Assembly: GCA_002269645.1 (NCBI GenBank) | Contig: NIVC01004538.1 | Span: 1-42,842 of the forward strand | Reading direction: 5' to 3' | Source of the DNA: Macrostomum lignano | Taxonomy: Eukaryota | DNA: 42,842 nucleotides | Shown: piece by piece, positions 10,162-22,100 of the stretch | Position numbering within the stretch: the first letter of the stretch is position 1 | How the letters are laid out: every line of letters starts with the position of its first letter | Made by a program: the position numbers and the translations under genes | The notes under the pieces: model-generated | Seen by the model: the letters and a program-made list of their open reading frames with translations, nothing else | Databases searched by the model: none | What the model was told of the DNA's origin: nothing

Positions 10162-13100
10162 GTTGGTTTTGCTGGAATTTTGACAAACTTACAGATATTA
10201 GAATTGCGCCATGTAGCAGTGCGGATTAAAAGAAACTGAACAAATTGAAGACAGTCTATAGCATCGCCTCCTTCCGAATCGCCCATAAATACACTTCTAG
10301 GATCGGCCATAGGACCACATCTAGAATCGCCCATAGAGGACCACATCTAGAATCGCCCATAGAGGACCACATCTAGAATCGGCCATAGAGGACCACATCT
10401 AGGATCGGCCATAGACGACCACATCTAGAATCGCCCATAGAGGACCACATCTAGAATCGGCCATAGAGGACCACATCTAGGATCGGCCATAGAGGACCAC
10501 ATCTAGGATCGGCCATAGAGGACCACATCTAGAATCGGCCATAGGACCACATCTAGAATCGCCCATAGAGGACCACATCTAGAATCGGCCATAGAGGACC
10601 ACATCTAGAATCGGCCATAGTGGACCACATCTAGAATCGCCCATAGAGGACCACATCTAGAATCGCCCATAGAGGACCACATCTGGAATCGTCCATAGAG
10701 GACCACATCTAGAATCACCCATAGAGGACCACATCTAGAATCGGCCATAGAGGACCACATCTAGAATCGGCCATAGTGGACCACATCTAGAATCGCCCAT
10801 AGAGGACCACATCTAGAATCGGCCATAGAGGACCACATCTAGAATCGGCCATAGTGGACCACATCTAGAATCGCCCATAGAGGACCACATCTAGAATCGC
10901 CCATAGAGGACCACATCTGGAATCGTCCATAGAGGACCACATCTAGAATCACCCATAGAGGACCACATCTAGAATCGCCCATAGAGGACCACATCTAGAA
11001 TCGCCCATAGAGGACCACATCTAGAATCGCCCATAGAGGACCACATCTAGAATCGCCCATAGAGGACCACATCTAGAATCGCCCATAGAGGACCACATCT
11101 AGAATTGCCCATTGAGGACCACATCTAGAATCGCCCATTGAGGACCAAATCTAGAATCGCCCATAGAGGACCACATCTAGAATCGCCCATAGAGGATCAC
11201 ATCTAGAATTGCCCATTGAGGACCACATCTAGAATCGCCCATAGAGGACCACATCTAGAATTGCCCATTGAGGACCACATCTAGAATTGCCCATTGAGGA
11301 CCACATCTAGAATTGCCCATTGAGGACCACATCTAGAATTGCCCATTGAGGACCACATCTAGAATTGCCCATTGAGGACCACATCTAGAATTGCCCATTG
11401 AGGACCACATCTAGAATCGCCCATTTAGGACCACATCTAGAATCGCCCATTTAGGACCACATCTAGAATTGCCCATTGAGGACCACATCTAGAATCGCCC
11501 ATAGAGGACCACATCTAGAATCGCCCATAGAGGACCACATCTAGAATTGCCCATTGAGGACCACATCTAGAATCGCCCATAGAGGACCACATCTAGAATC
11601 GCCCATAGAGGACCACATCTAGAATCGCCCATTGAGGACCACATCTAGAATCGCCCATAGAGGACCACATCTAGAATTGCCCATTTAGGACCACATCTAG
11701 AATCGCCCATTTAGGACCACATCTAGAATTTCCCATAGAGGACCACATCTAGAATCGCCCATTTAGGACCACATCTAGAATTTCCCATAGAGGACCACAT
11801 CTAGAATCGCCCATTGAGGACCACATCTAGAATCGCCCATAGAGGACCACATCTAGAATCGCCCATAGGACCACATCTGGAATCGTCCATAGAGGACCAC
11901 ATCTGGAATCGCCCATAGGACCACATCTAGAATCGGCCATAGAGGACCACATCTAGAATCGGCCATAGAGGACCACATCTTGAATCGGCCATAGAGGACC
12001 ACATCTAGAATTGCCCATTGAGGACCACATCTAGAATCGCCCATAGAGGACCACATCTAGAATTGCTCATTTAGGACCACATCTAGAATTGCCCATTTAG
12101 GACCACATCTAGAATTGCCCATTGAGGACCACATCTAGAATCGCCCATAGAGGACCACATCTGGAATCGGCCATAGGACCACATCTAGAATCGCCCATTT
12201 AGGACCACATCTAGAATTGCCCATTGAGGACCACATCTAGAATTGCCCATAGAGGACCACATCTAGAATCGCCCATAGAGGACCACATCTAGAATCGCCC
12301 ATAGGACCACATCTAGAATCGCCCATAGAGGACCACATCTGGAATCGTCCATTTAGGACCACATCTAGAATCGCCCATTTAGGACCACATCTAGAATTGC
12401 CCATAGAGGACCACATTTAGAATCGCCCATAGAGGACCACATCTAGAATCGCCCATAGAGGACCACATCTAGAATTGCCCATTGAGGACCACATCTAGAA
12501 TTGCCCATAGAGGACCACATCTAGAATTGCCCATTTAGGACCACATCTAGAATTGCCCATTGAGGACCACATCTAGAATTGCCCATTGAGGACCACATCT
12601 AGAATCGCCCATTTAGGACCACATCTAGAATCGCCCATTTAGGACCACATCTAGAATTGCCCATTGAGGACCACATCTAGAATTGCCCATAGAGGACCAC
12701 ATCTAGAATCGCCCATAGGACCACATCTAGAATCGCCCATAGGACCACATCTAGAATCGCCCATAGAGGACCACATCTGGAATCGTCCATTTAGGACCAC
12801 ATCTAGAATCGCCCATTTAGGACCACATCTAGAATTGCCCATAGAGGACCACATTTAGAATCGCCCATAGAGGACCACATCTAATATCGCCCATAGAGGA
12901 CCACATCTAGAATCGCCCATAGAGGACCACATCTAGAATCGCCCATAGAGGACCACCATAGAGGACCACAGAGGACTACATCTAGAATCGCCCATCGAGG
13001 AACACCATAGAGGACCACAGAGGACCACATCTAGAATTGCCCATAGGACCACCTCTAAAAGGAGCACCTAGTCAGAGCTCTCAGATTCCATAACGCAGCA

Positions 13101-14770
13101 TTAATTTCCCAACCACGCCAGGTAGTAAATTACTACGGCGAGGATCGCACCCAGATTGAAGGCGAATTTCTAGCCCAAATCGGCAACATATTGGAGAGCT
13201 GCACCAGTGCCGACATGTCGGTTCCGTTTCAACTCAGCCACGACCTGTCCCAAGGCCTCTCCGAGCAGCTCAATGACTGGAAGGAGATGATCAGCCAGTT
13301 GGAGATCTTTATTCAGCCGGCTGTCAGCTTCTGCAAGACCTTTCTAGCCACTGATTTCTTTAAACAGATGACGGAATGGAGGCCCGAGCATTCGGTAAGT
13401 TGTGAATTCCACCTGGAATTCTATTTCTAATAGCTTTTGTATTTACCTAGAAATCAGATAGTTAAGGGTAGCCCGTGCGGATTATTCTATTAGTAACCCA
13501 TATTATACATTATAATTATAATTATCGCCTAGTGTATTGATCCATTTAGCCAAAAATCTTGTTGAGCTCCTAATCTAGCCTCTAGATGAGATCTAGTCCA
13601 TAAACATAGATCTGGTCTCTAGATGAGACCTAGCCCATAGACATAGATATAGTCTCTAGATGAGACCTAGCCCATAGACATAGATCTAGTCTCTAGATGA
13701 GACCTAGCCCATAGACATAGATCTAGTCTCTAGATGAGATCTAGCCCATAGACAGATCTATAGTATCCAGATGAGATTTAGTCCATAAATATAGATCTAG
13801 TCCATAGACAGATCTAGTCCCTAGAAGAGATCTAGCCCATAGACATAGATCTAGTCTCTATATAAGACCTAGCCCATAGACAGAGATCTAGTCTCCAGAT
13901 GAGATCTAGTCCATAGACAGATCTAATCTCTAGATAAGACCTAGCCTATAGACAGAGATTTAGTCTCTAGATGAGATCTAGCCCATAGACACAGATCTAG
14001 TCTCTAGATGAGATCTAGCCCATAGACACAGATCTAGTCTCTAGATGAGATCTAGCCCATAGACACAGATCTAGTCTCTAGATGAGATCTAGCCCATAGA
14101 CACAGATCTAGTCTCTAGATGAGATCTAGCCCATAGACACAGATCTAGTCTCTAGATGAGATCTAGCCCATAGACACAGATCTAGTCTCTAGATGAGATC
14201 TAGCCCATAGACACAGATCTAGTCTCTAGATGAGATCTTACGCCTCCAACCCAGGTGCTGCTGGTAAAGCGCCGCATTCACTCAGTGCTGGTGCCGCTGT
14301 TCAGTCTAAAGTTCGATCCCAGCAAGCGCCAGATGTCGGTGAGCATCGACGGCAAGACGTACACCGTGGACCCGAATAAGAGCATCCGAAACTTGGACAG
14401 GTCGTTCATGCCCGGCCTCTCGGCCGTCTCGTCCAACGATCGGTACTTTGAATACATTCACAAGGTGACAGGCAGCGACGTCGGCCTCATCGCCCTGTTC
14501 ACCCTGATGAAACTATTCGATCTGTCCTCGACGGAGAAGGACGAACTGCCTGAGGACATTGAACAGCTGGCATTCGACATGTTCATGCGGCTGGCCAAGG
14601 TTACTAGGCACGCTTTTATTGCCAAATTTGATGACAGATGGCAGCCGAAGATGCGAGAGCTTTGCATCCTGTTTGAATGGTCCAAGACGTTTGAAGAGTC
14701 GCTCTCCAAGCTCTTCGCCTCCCTGAGCAGTCAGAGTCCCACGCCTCTGTTTGCCGAGATTTACACCTGA
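9604..14770 (+). CDS. Nuclear hormone receptor, NR1I/J (HR96/DAF-12/VDR)-like, divergent; exons 9604-10161, 13122-13394, 14255-14770 (448 aa)
   Basis: C4 zinc fingers CAVC-x13-CDSCKAFFRR and C-x6-C-x9-CRAC. LBD-like FCKTFLATDFFKQM...VLLVKRR. C-terminal AF-2-like TPLFAEIY. Both introns are GT-AG and phase 0, and the frame is continuous. Confidence 0.85.
10275..13050. repeat. 26-bp minisatellite (GAGGACCACATCTAGAATCGCCCATA), ~105 copies, nuclear receptor intron 1
   Basis: Directly visible. Degenerate copies occur at both edges and variant blocks occur inside. Confidence 0.97.
13122..13394 (+). CDS. Nuclear receptor exon 2 (hinge/LBD start)
   Basis: ccag|GTA...TCG|gtaagt; 91 codons, phase 0/0. 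Confidence 0.85.
13574..14238. repeat. 37-bp minisatellite (TCTAGATGAGATCTAGCCCATAGACACAGATCTAGTC), ~18 copies, nuclear receptor intron 2
   Basis: Period of 37 checked at 14151/14188. Each unit contains the hairpin CTAGAT-GAG-ATCTAG. Confidence 0.95.
14255..14770 (+). CDS. Nuclear receptor exon 3 (LBD, AF-2)
   Basis: ccag|GTG...TGA; ends PTPLFAEIYT*. Confidence 0.85.
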   Translation: MLLVKRRIHSVLVPLFSLKFDPSKRQMSVSIDGKTYTVDPNKSIRNLDRSFMPGLSAVSSNDRYFEYIHKVTGSDVGLIALFTLMKLFDLSSTEKDELPEDIEQLAFDMFMRLAKVTRHAFIAKFDDRWQPKMRELCILFEWSKTFEESLSKLFASLSSQSPTPLFAEIYT

Positions 14771-14900
14771 CCGGTTTTGTTCACGAGTGTTTTTTATCTG
14801 CCTTTATTTTGTTTGAAATTTTAAACAAAAAAACTAACCTGGCATTCCCTCGCTAATGCAAGCTTTGGCAAACTTTTTTTTCAACTGGTTCAGCAAAGAC

Positions 14901-16535
14901 CAGAGGGAGGGCAGCAGAACCCTAGATACGGCTAGAGGGAGGGCAGCAGCACCCTAGATAAGGCTAGAGGGAGGGCAGCAGAACCCTAGATAAGGCTAGA
15001 GGGAGGGCAGCAGAACCCTAGATAAGGCTAGAGGGAGGGCAGCAGCACCCTAGATAAGGCTAGAGGGAGGGCAGCACCCTAGATAAGGCTAGAGGGAGGG
15101 CAGCAGCCCCCCCTAGACACGGCTAGAGGGAGGGCAGCAGCACCATAGACACGGCTAGAGGGAGGGCAGCAGCACCCTAGACACGGCTAGAGGGAGGGCA
15201 GCAGCACCCTAGACACGGCTAGAGGGAGGGCAGCAGCACCCTAGACACGGCTAGAGGGAGGGCAGCAGCACCCTAGATAAGGCTAGAGGGTGGGCAGCAG
15301 CACCCTAGATAAGGCTAGAGGGAGGGCAGCAGCACCATAGACACGGCTAGAGGGAGGGCAGCAGCACCCTAGACACGGCTAGAGGGAGGGCAGCAGCACC
15401 CTAGATAAGGCTAGAGGGTGGGCAGCAGCACCCTAGATAAGGCTAGAGGGAGGGCAGCAGCCCCCCTAGACACGGCTAGAGGGAGGGCAGCAGCACCCTA
15501 GACACGGCTAGAGGGAGGGCAGCAGCACCCTAGATAAGGCTAGAGGGTGGGCAGCAGCACCCTAGATAAGGCTAGAGGGAGGGCAGCAGCCCCCCTAGAC
15601 ACGGCTAGAGGGAGGGCAGCAGCACCCTAGACACGGCTAGAGGGAGGGCAGCAGCACCCTAGACACGGCTAGAGGGAGGGCAGCAGCACCCTAGATAAGG
15701 CTAGAGGGTGGGCAGCAGCACCCTAGATAAGGCTAGAGGGAGGGCAGCAGCACCCTAGACACGGCTAGAGGGAGGGCAGCAGCACCCTAGACACGGCTAG
15801 AGGGAGGGCAGCAGCACCCTAGACACGGCTAGAGGGAGGGCAGCAGCACCCTAGATAAGGCTAGAGGGAGGGCAGCAGCACCCTAGATAAGGCTAGAGGG
15901 AGGGCAGCAGCCCCCCCTAGACACGGCTAGAGGGAGGGCAGCAGCACCCTAGACACGGCTAGAGGGAGGGCAGCAGCACCCTAGACACGGCTAGAGGGAG
16001 GGCAGCAGCACCCTAGATAAGGCTAGAGGGTGGGCAGCAGCACCCTAGATAAGGCTAGAGGGAGGGCAGCAGCACCCTAGACACGGCTAGAGGGAGGGCA
16101 GCAGCACCCTAGACACGGCTAGAGGGAGGGCAGCAGCACCCTAGACACGGCTAGAGGGAGGGCAGCAGCACCCTAGATAAGGCTAGAGGGAGGGCAGCAG
16201 CACCCTAGATAAGGCTAGAGGGAGGGCAGCAGCCCCCCCTAGACACGGCTAGAGGGAGGGCAGCAGCCCCCCCTAGACACGGCTAGAGGGAGGGCAGCAG
16301 CACCCTAGACACGGCTAGAGGGAGGGCAGCAGCACCCTAGACACGGCTAGAGGGAGGGCAGCAGCACCCTAGATAAGGCTAGAGGGTGGGCAGCAGCACC
16401 CTAGATAAGGCTAGAGGGAGGGCAGCAGCACCATAGACACGGCTAGAGGGAGGGCAGCAGCACCCTAGATAAGGCTAGAGGGAGTGCAGCAGCACCCTAG
16501 ACACGGCTAGAGGTAGGGCTGCAGCACCCTTGACA
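14901..16535. repeat. 32-bp minisatellite (GCTAGAGGGAGGGCAGCAGCACCCTAGACACG), ~50 copies, downstream of nuclear receptor stop
   Basis: Directly visible, with alternating ACAC/ATAA variants. Confidence 0.97.
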
Positions 16536-17049
16536 TAAATGAAGAGTACTGCTTTAAGATTTTAACTAACAGTCGCCTGCACTAGAGTTAGCTGAGGGTA
16601 TAAAAATGTATTCATCTGTTTTTGACTGGGCTGCATCGAATAAAGCAATAAATATAAAGCCTGTTTTTCTGGCTAAATCATTGTACTATCTAATAATTTT
16701 TAATAACCTGTTCTATGATTGTTGTTTATCACTTTTGCCACTCTGTGTAATAGTTTCCATTCTATATTTAGAACTGCGTCATGGTATATCGTTTTTAACG
16801 AGATTCCTATCCTCAACTCTGAGCTGTAGGACCTTCACTTCTTCGCGTTACAGGTATGTATAAAATTCATTTTGTAATTAATAACTCATATTCCAGCTTA
16901 TGTTTCAACTCTATTGTGTAAGTTGTTCCTGCAAATATGCATCAATCATTAATTATCTTATTAATTTTCTTATTACTCATCTCTGTCAGCTAAAGGTTGT
17001 TTTAAACTATTTGTGCTATTAAATAATTGAGTTTTTACCCCAGGTCGAT

Positions 17050-17670
17050 ATGTATGAGTATGACTCAATTCTTATGACTGATTTGTATGAGTATGACTCA
17101 ATTCTTATGACTGATTTGTATGAGTATGACTCAATTCTTATGACTGATTTGTATGAGTCAATTCGAATGACTCAATGCTTATGACTTATATGTATGAGTA
17201 TGACTCAAATGCTTATGACTGCCTTGTATGAGTATGACTCAATTCTTATGACTGATTTGTATGAGTATGACTCAAAAGCTTATGACTGATTTGTATGAGT
17301 CAATTTGAATGACTCAATGCTTATGACTTATATGTATGAGTATGACTCAAATGCTTATGACTGCCTTGTATGAGTATGACTCAATTCTTATGACTGATTT
17401 GTATGAGTATGACTCAATTCTTATGACTGATTTGTATGAGTATGACTCAATTCTTATGACTGATATGTATGAGTATGACTCAAATGCTTATGACTTATAT
17501 GTATGACTCAAATGCTTATGACTGATATGTATGACTCAAATGCTTATGACTGATATGTATGACTCAAATGCTTATGACTGATATGTATGACTCAAATGCT
17601 TATGACTGATATGTATGAGTATGACCCAAATGCTTGCATGTACATGCATCATGACCCTAAGCTTATGACC
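17050..17670. repeat. 33-bp minisatellite (TGTATGAGTATGACTCAATTCTTATGACTGATT), ~17 copies
   Basis: Directly visible. Units carry TGACTCA. Confidence 0.93.
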
Positions 17671-17719
17671 GTTATTTATGACTGGCCCTGTGCTTATTGA
17701 GTTAAAAACGTTATCGTGA

Positions 17720-18065
17720 CAAGTAACGCTAGAGTCATTGCAAACAACTCACTAGCGACTCTGGGGTGACTCTGGTGACTTTTTACCGACTCAAACGACT
17801 GAAATGCGACAGAGAGGCGACTGTTGAGTCCCGAGCGCATAGTGTGAGTTGCAGAATCGTAAGAGTCGCAAAAAAAGTCGTCTAATAATCGCTGTTTTAA
17901 CGCTTAACTTTCTACTAACTCTAGTAGACTAAATAGGGTTTTAAATGCGGAATTCGATTCAGCTGATTCATGAAGTGACGCAGGTGCGCTTTAGACGCAA
18001 CTCAGTGATTCTGCAGCGACTCCGGCACGCCTCAGGTACGACTCTAAGACCCCAGAGTCATTGCT
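17720..18065. repeat. Dispersed GACTC/GAGTC-rich repeat, copy 1 (probable non-autonomous element)
   Basis: 17781-17830 matches 32671-32720 at 42/50 without gaps. There is an internal 11-bp inverted repeat at 17757-17767 / 18049-18059. Boundaries are approximate. Confidence 0.65.
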
Positions 18066-18474
18066 GCAGATACCTACCGTTGCTTCTGTATAACCAATCA
18101 CAGTTAAATTCATTTTCAGTTTTGCTTTGTTACTGCTATTTAACTCTTTAGCTCTATTTAGCTGAGAGGTATAATTCATTTTTTTGCATAATCTGCTGTC
18201 CCTCAAACCTCGTCCTCGATTTTTGTTTTGAAGAAAAAAATAACAGAAAAACTGTTCCTCCGCTTTTGTCTGTTTTCTTTTGTTGCGATTTGATAAGCTT
18301 CTAATCGAAATGTTTCTCTACTCGCAGTAGTCAATGCGCTTTTAGTGATTAGATTGCGCCTAGAGTTTGAATAAACACTTCCCTGTTGCAGACGCAGGCA
18401 GTTTAACTTGGATTAGTGCTGTACGTTTTCCTTCTTTACTGTTTCTCTCATAGCCTATATCAGTCACTGTAGCA

Positions 18475-18800
18475 TTCCCTGAGTCACTCTATGATTCACC
18501 GTCAGTTATTCCCTGAGTCACTCTATGATTCACCCTCAGTTATTCCCTGAGTCACTCTATGATTCACCCTCAGTTATTCCCTGAGTCACTCTATGATTCA
18601 CCCTCAGTTATTCCCTGAGTCACTCCATGATTGACTCTCAGTTATTCCCTGAGTCACTCTATGATTCACCCTCAGTTATTGCCTGAGTCACTCTATGATT
18701 CACCCTCAATTATTCCCTAAGTCACTCTATGATTCACCCTCAGTTATTCTCTAAGTCACTCTATGATTCGGTCAGTATTTCTTTGAGTCAGTGTAACTTA
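18475..18800. repeat. 34-bp minisatellite (CCCTGAGTCACTCTATGATTCACCCTCAGTTATT), ~9 copies
   Basis: Directly visible. Units carry TGAGTCA. Confidence 0.93.
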
Positions 18801-19050
18801 GTTATTACCCGAGTTACTCTGTAATTCATTCCCAGTTTTTGGATGAGTCTCTATGTATTATTCAGGCTGTTATTTTGAGTCAATCCTTTAGTCACTGCCT
18901 GACGGTTTCCCAATCTTGTCACAGATCAAACGTCTTTACTCAATGTCCCTGAACTCTTCTCTCATTTCCACTACGAGAAATTCTATTTATCAGCTTATTT
19001 TACACTTTTCTACACTTATAAACTAATGAAACTGCCGTGCATTTGCCATC

Positions 19051-19167
19051 ATGGGTAAAGTAAAGAAGCGAGCCAAACGGTTTCGCTACCATACCAATCG
19101 AAAACGGCAGTGGCGCAACAAGCAAACTCAGTCCACTGAGGTGCTCGTGTCGGATGCTGATGTACAG
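19051..19167 (+). CDS. NOP16: NOP16 exon 1
   Basis: ATG at 19051; CAG|gtgagc. Confidence 0.9.
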
Positions 19168-22100
19168 GTGAGCCGACAGTGCTTCCTGGTCCTCTGCAAC
19201 CCATGCTTGTTTTGGATGATAGCTAGTGCGATGGACATCCCAACTGTTTGAGACAGGATGTTTTGGACATCCTAACTGTTTAAGACAGGATGCGGTGGAC
19301 ATCCCAACTGTTTAAGACAGGATGCGGTGGACATCCCAACTGTTTAAGACAGGATGCGGTGGACATCCCAACTGTTTAAGACAGGATGCGGTGGACATCC
19401 CAACTGTTTAAGACAGGATGCGGTGGACATCCCAACTGTTTAAGACAGGATGCGGTGGACATCCCAACTGTTTAAGACAGGATGCGGTGGACATCCCAAC
19501 TGTTTAAGACAGGATGCGGTGGACATCCCAACTGATAAAGACATGATGCAGTGGACATCCGAACTGATAAAGACATGATGCAGTGGACATCCGAACTGAT
19601 AAAGACAGGATGCAGTGGACATCCGAACTGATAAAGACAGGATGCAGTTGACATCCCAACTGATAAAGACAGGATGCAGTGGACATCCCAACTGATAAAG
19701 ACATGATGCAGTGGACATCCGAACTGATAAAGACATGATGCAGTGGACATCCGAACTGATAAAGACAGGATGCAGTGGACATCCGAACTGATAAAGACAG
19801 GATGCAGTTGACATCCCAACTGATAAAGACAGGATGCAGTGGACATCCCAACTGATAAAGACATGATGCAGTGGACATCCCAACTGATAAAGACATGATG
19901 CAGTGGACATCCCAACTGATAAAGACATGATGCAGTGGACATCCCAACTGATAAAGACATGATGCAGTGGACATCCCAACTGATAAAGACAGGATGCAGT
20001 GGACATCCGAACTGATAAAGACATGATGCAGTGGACATCCCAACTGATAAAGACATGATGCAGTGGACATCCCAACTGATAAAGACATGATGCAGTAGAC
20101 ATCCCAACTGATAAAGACATGATGCAGTGGACATCCCAACTGATAAAGACATGATGCAGTGGACATCCCAACTGATAAAGACATGATGCAGTGGACATCC
20201 CAACTGATAAAGACAGGATGCAGTGGACATCCCAACTGATAAAGACAGAATGCGGTGGACATCCCAACTGATAAAGACATGATGCGGTGGACATCCCAAC
20301 TGATAAAGACATGATGCAGTGGACATCCCAACTGATAAAGACAGGATGCAGTGGACATCTAAAAGTACCCAAATGGTCGCCGCCATGCCCTGCTGCTCAT
20401 AGCGAATTTGACGCGAGCTGTCACAATATCTGCTATTTCACGAATGCCTAATACGCACTCTGTTCCCCCACACCCTCTGGTACAGGCCGCCTGGCAGGCC
20501 GGCAGCTCAGCTCGCAGCAACTTCAGTCGGCTCGGCCTGTGCTACGATCCCGGAGTGACCTTCGGGGTGCCGAAGCCCCGCCTGCCAGCCCTGGTTGACG
20601 GCGACGCTCCAGTCGATGATTCTGTCAACGATGAGGGCAGCGAAGAGAGAACGGAGGCTGCGGCTGTTTCTGGAGATGGCGCCGCTGGTAAAGGTGAGCA
20701 TGCTTGCAAATACAGTGCGGTGTGGTCTTGGACTTCCAAGGCTGGATCTTAGGTTGAGAATCGCCTCAACTAAGATTGAAAATCGCCCACTTCCCATTGA
20801 GAATCGCCCTGGTCCCATTGAGAATCGCCCCAGTCCCATTGAGAATCGCCCTGGTCCCATTGAGAATCGCCCCAGTCCCATTGAGAATCGCCCCAGTCCC
20901 ATTGAGAATCGCCCCAGTCCCATTGAGAATCGCCCCAGTCCTATTGAGAATCGCCCCAGTCCCATTGAGAATCGCCCCAATCCCATTGAGAATCGCCCCA
21001 GTCCCATTGAGAATCGCCCAATCCCATTGAGAATCGCCCTGGTCCCATTGAGAATTACCCCAGTCCCATTGAGAATCGCCCTGGTCCCATTGAGAATCGC
21101 CCCAGTCCCATTGACAATCGCCCCAGTCCCATTGAGAATCGCCCTGGTCCCATTGAGAATCGCCCCAGTCCCATTGAGAATCGCCCTGGTCCCATTGAGA
21201 ATCGCCCTGGTCCCATTGAGAATCGCCCCAGTCCCATTGAGAATCGCCCCAGTCCCATTGAGAATCGCCCCAGTCCCATTGAGAATCGCCCTGGTCCCAT
21301 TGAGAATCGCCCCAGTCCCATTGAGAATCGCCCCAGTCCCATTGAGAATCGCCCTGGTCCCATTGAGAATCGCCCTGGTCCCATTGAGAATCGCCCCAGT
21401 CCCATTGAGAATCGCCCCAGTCCCATTGAGAATCGCCCCAGTCCCATTGAGAATCGCCCTGGTCCCATTGAGAATCGCCCTGGTCCCATTGAGAATCGCC
21501 CTGGTCCCATTGAGAATCGCCCTGGTCCCATTGAGAATCGCCCCAGTCCCATTGAGAATCGCCCCAGTCCCATTGAGAATCGCCCCAGTCCCATTGAGAA
21601 TCGCCCCAGTCCCATTGAGAATCGCCCCAGTCCCATTGAGAATCGCCCCAGTCCCATTGAGAATCGCCCCAGTCCCATTGAGAATCGCCCCAGTCCCATT
21701 GAGAATCGCCCCAGTCCCATTGAGAATCGCCCCAGTCCCATTGAGAATCGCCCCAGTCCCATTGAGAATCGCCCCAGTCCCATTGAGAATCGCCCCAGTC
21801 CCATTGAGAATCGCCCCAGTCCCATTGAGAATCGCCCCAGTCCCATTGAGAATCGCCCCAGTCCCATTGAGAATCGCCCCAGTCCCATTGAGAATCGCCC
21901 CAGTCCTATTGAGAATCGCCCCAGTCCCATTGAGAATCGCCCCAGTCCCATTGAGAATCGCCCCAGTCCCATTGAGAATCGCCCCAGTCCCATTGAGAAT
22001 CGCCCTGGTCCCATTGAGAATCGCCCTGGTCCCATTGAGAATCGCCCCAGTCCTATTGAGAATCGCCCTGGTCCCATTGAGAATCGCCCTGGTCCCATTG

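Noticed and set aside
9680-10346. Alternative and antisense ORFs over the nuclear receptor exon 1 and over the LINE
   Set aside because: They are shadow ORFs of GC-rich coding sequence with no independent motifs.
10275-13050. CRISPR-like appearance of 20-41 bp repeats
   Set aside because: Units are head-to-tail with no unique spacers, there are no cas genes, and the context is spliced eukaryotic genes.
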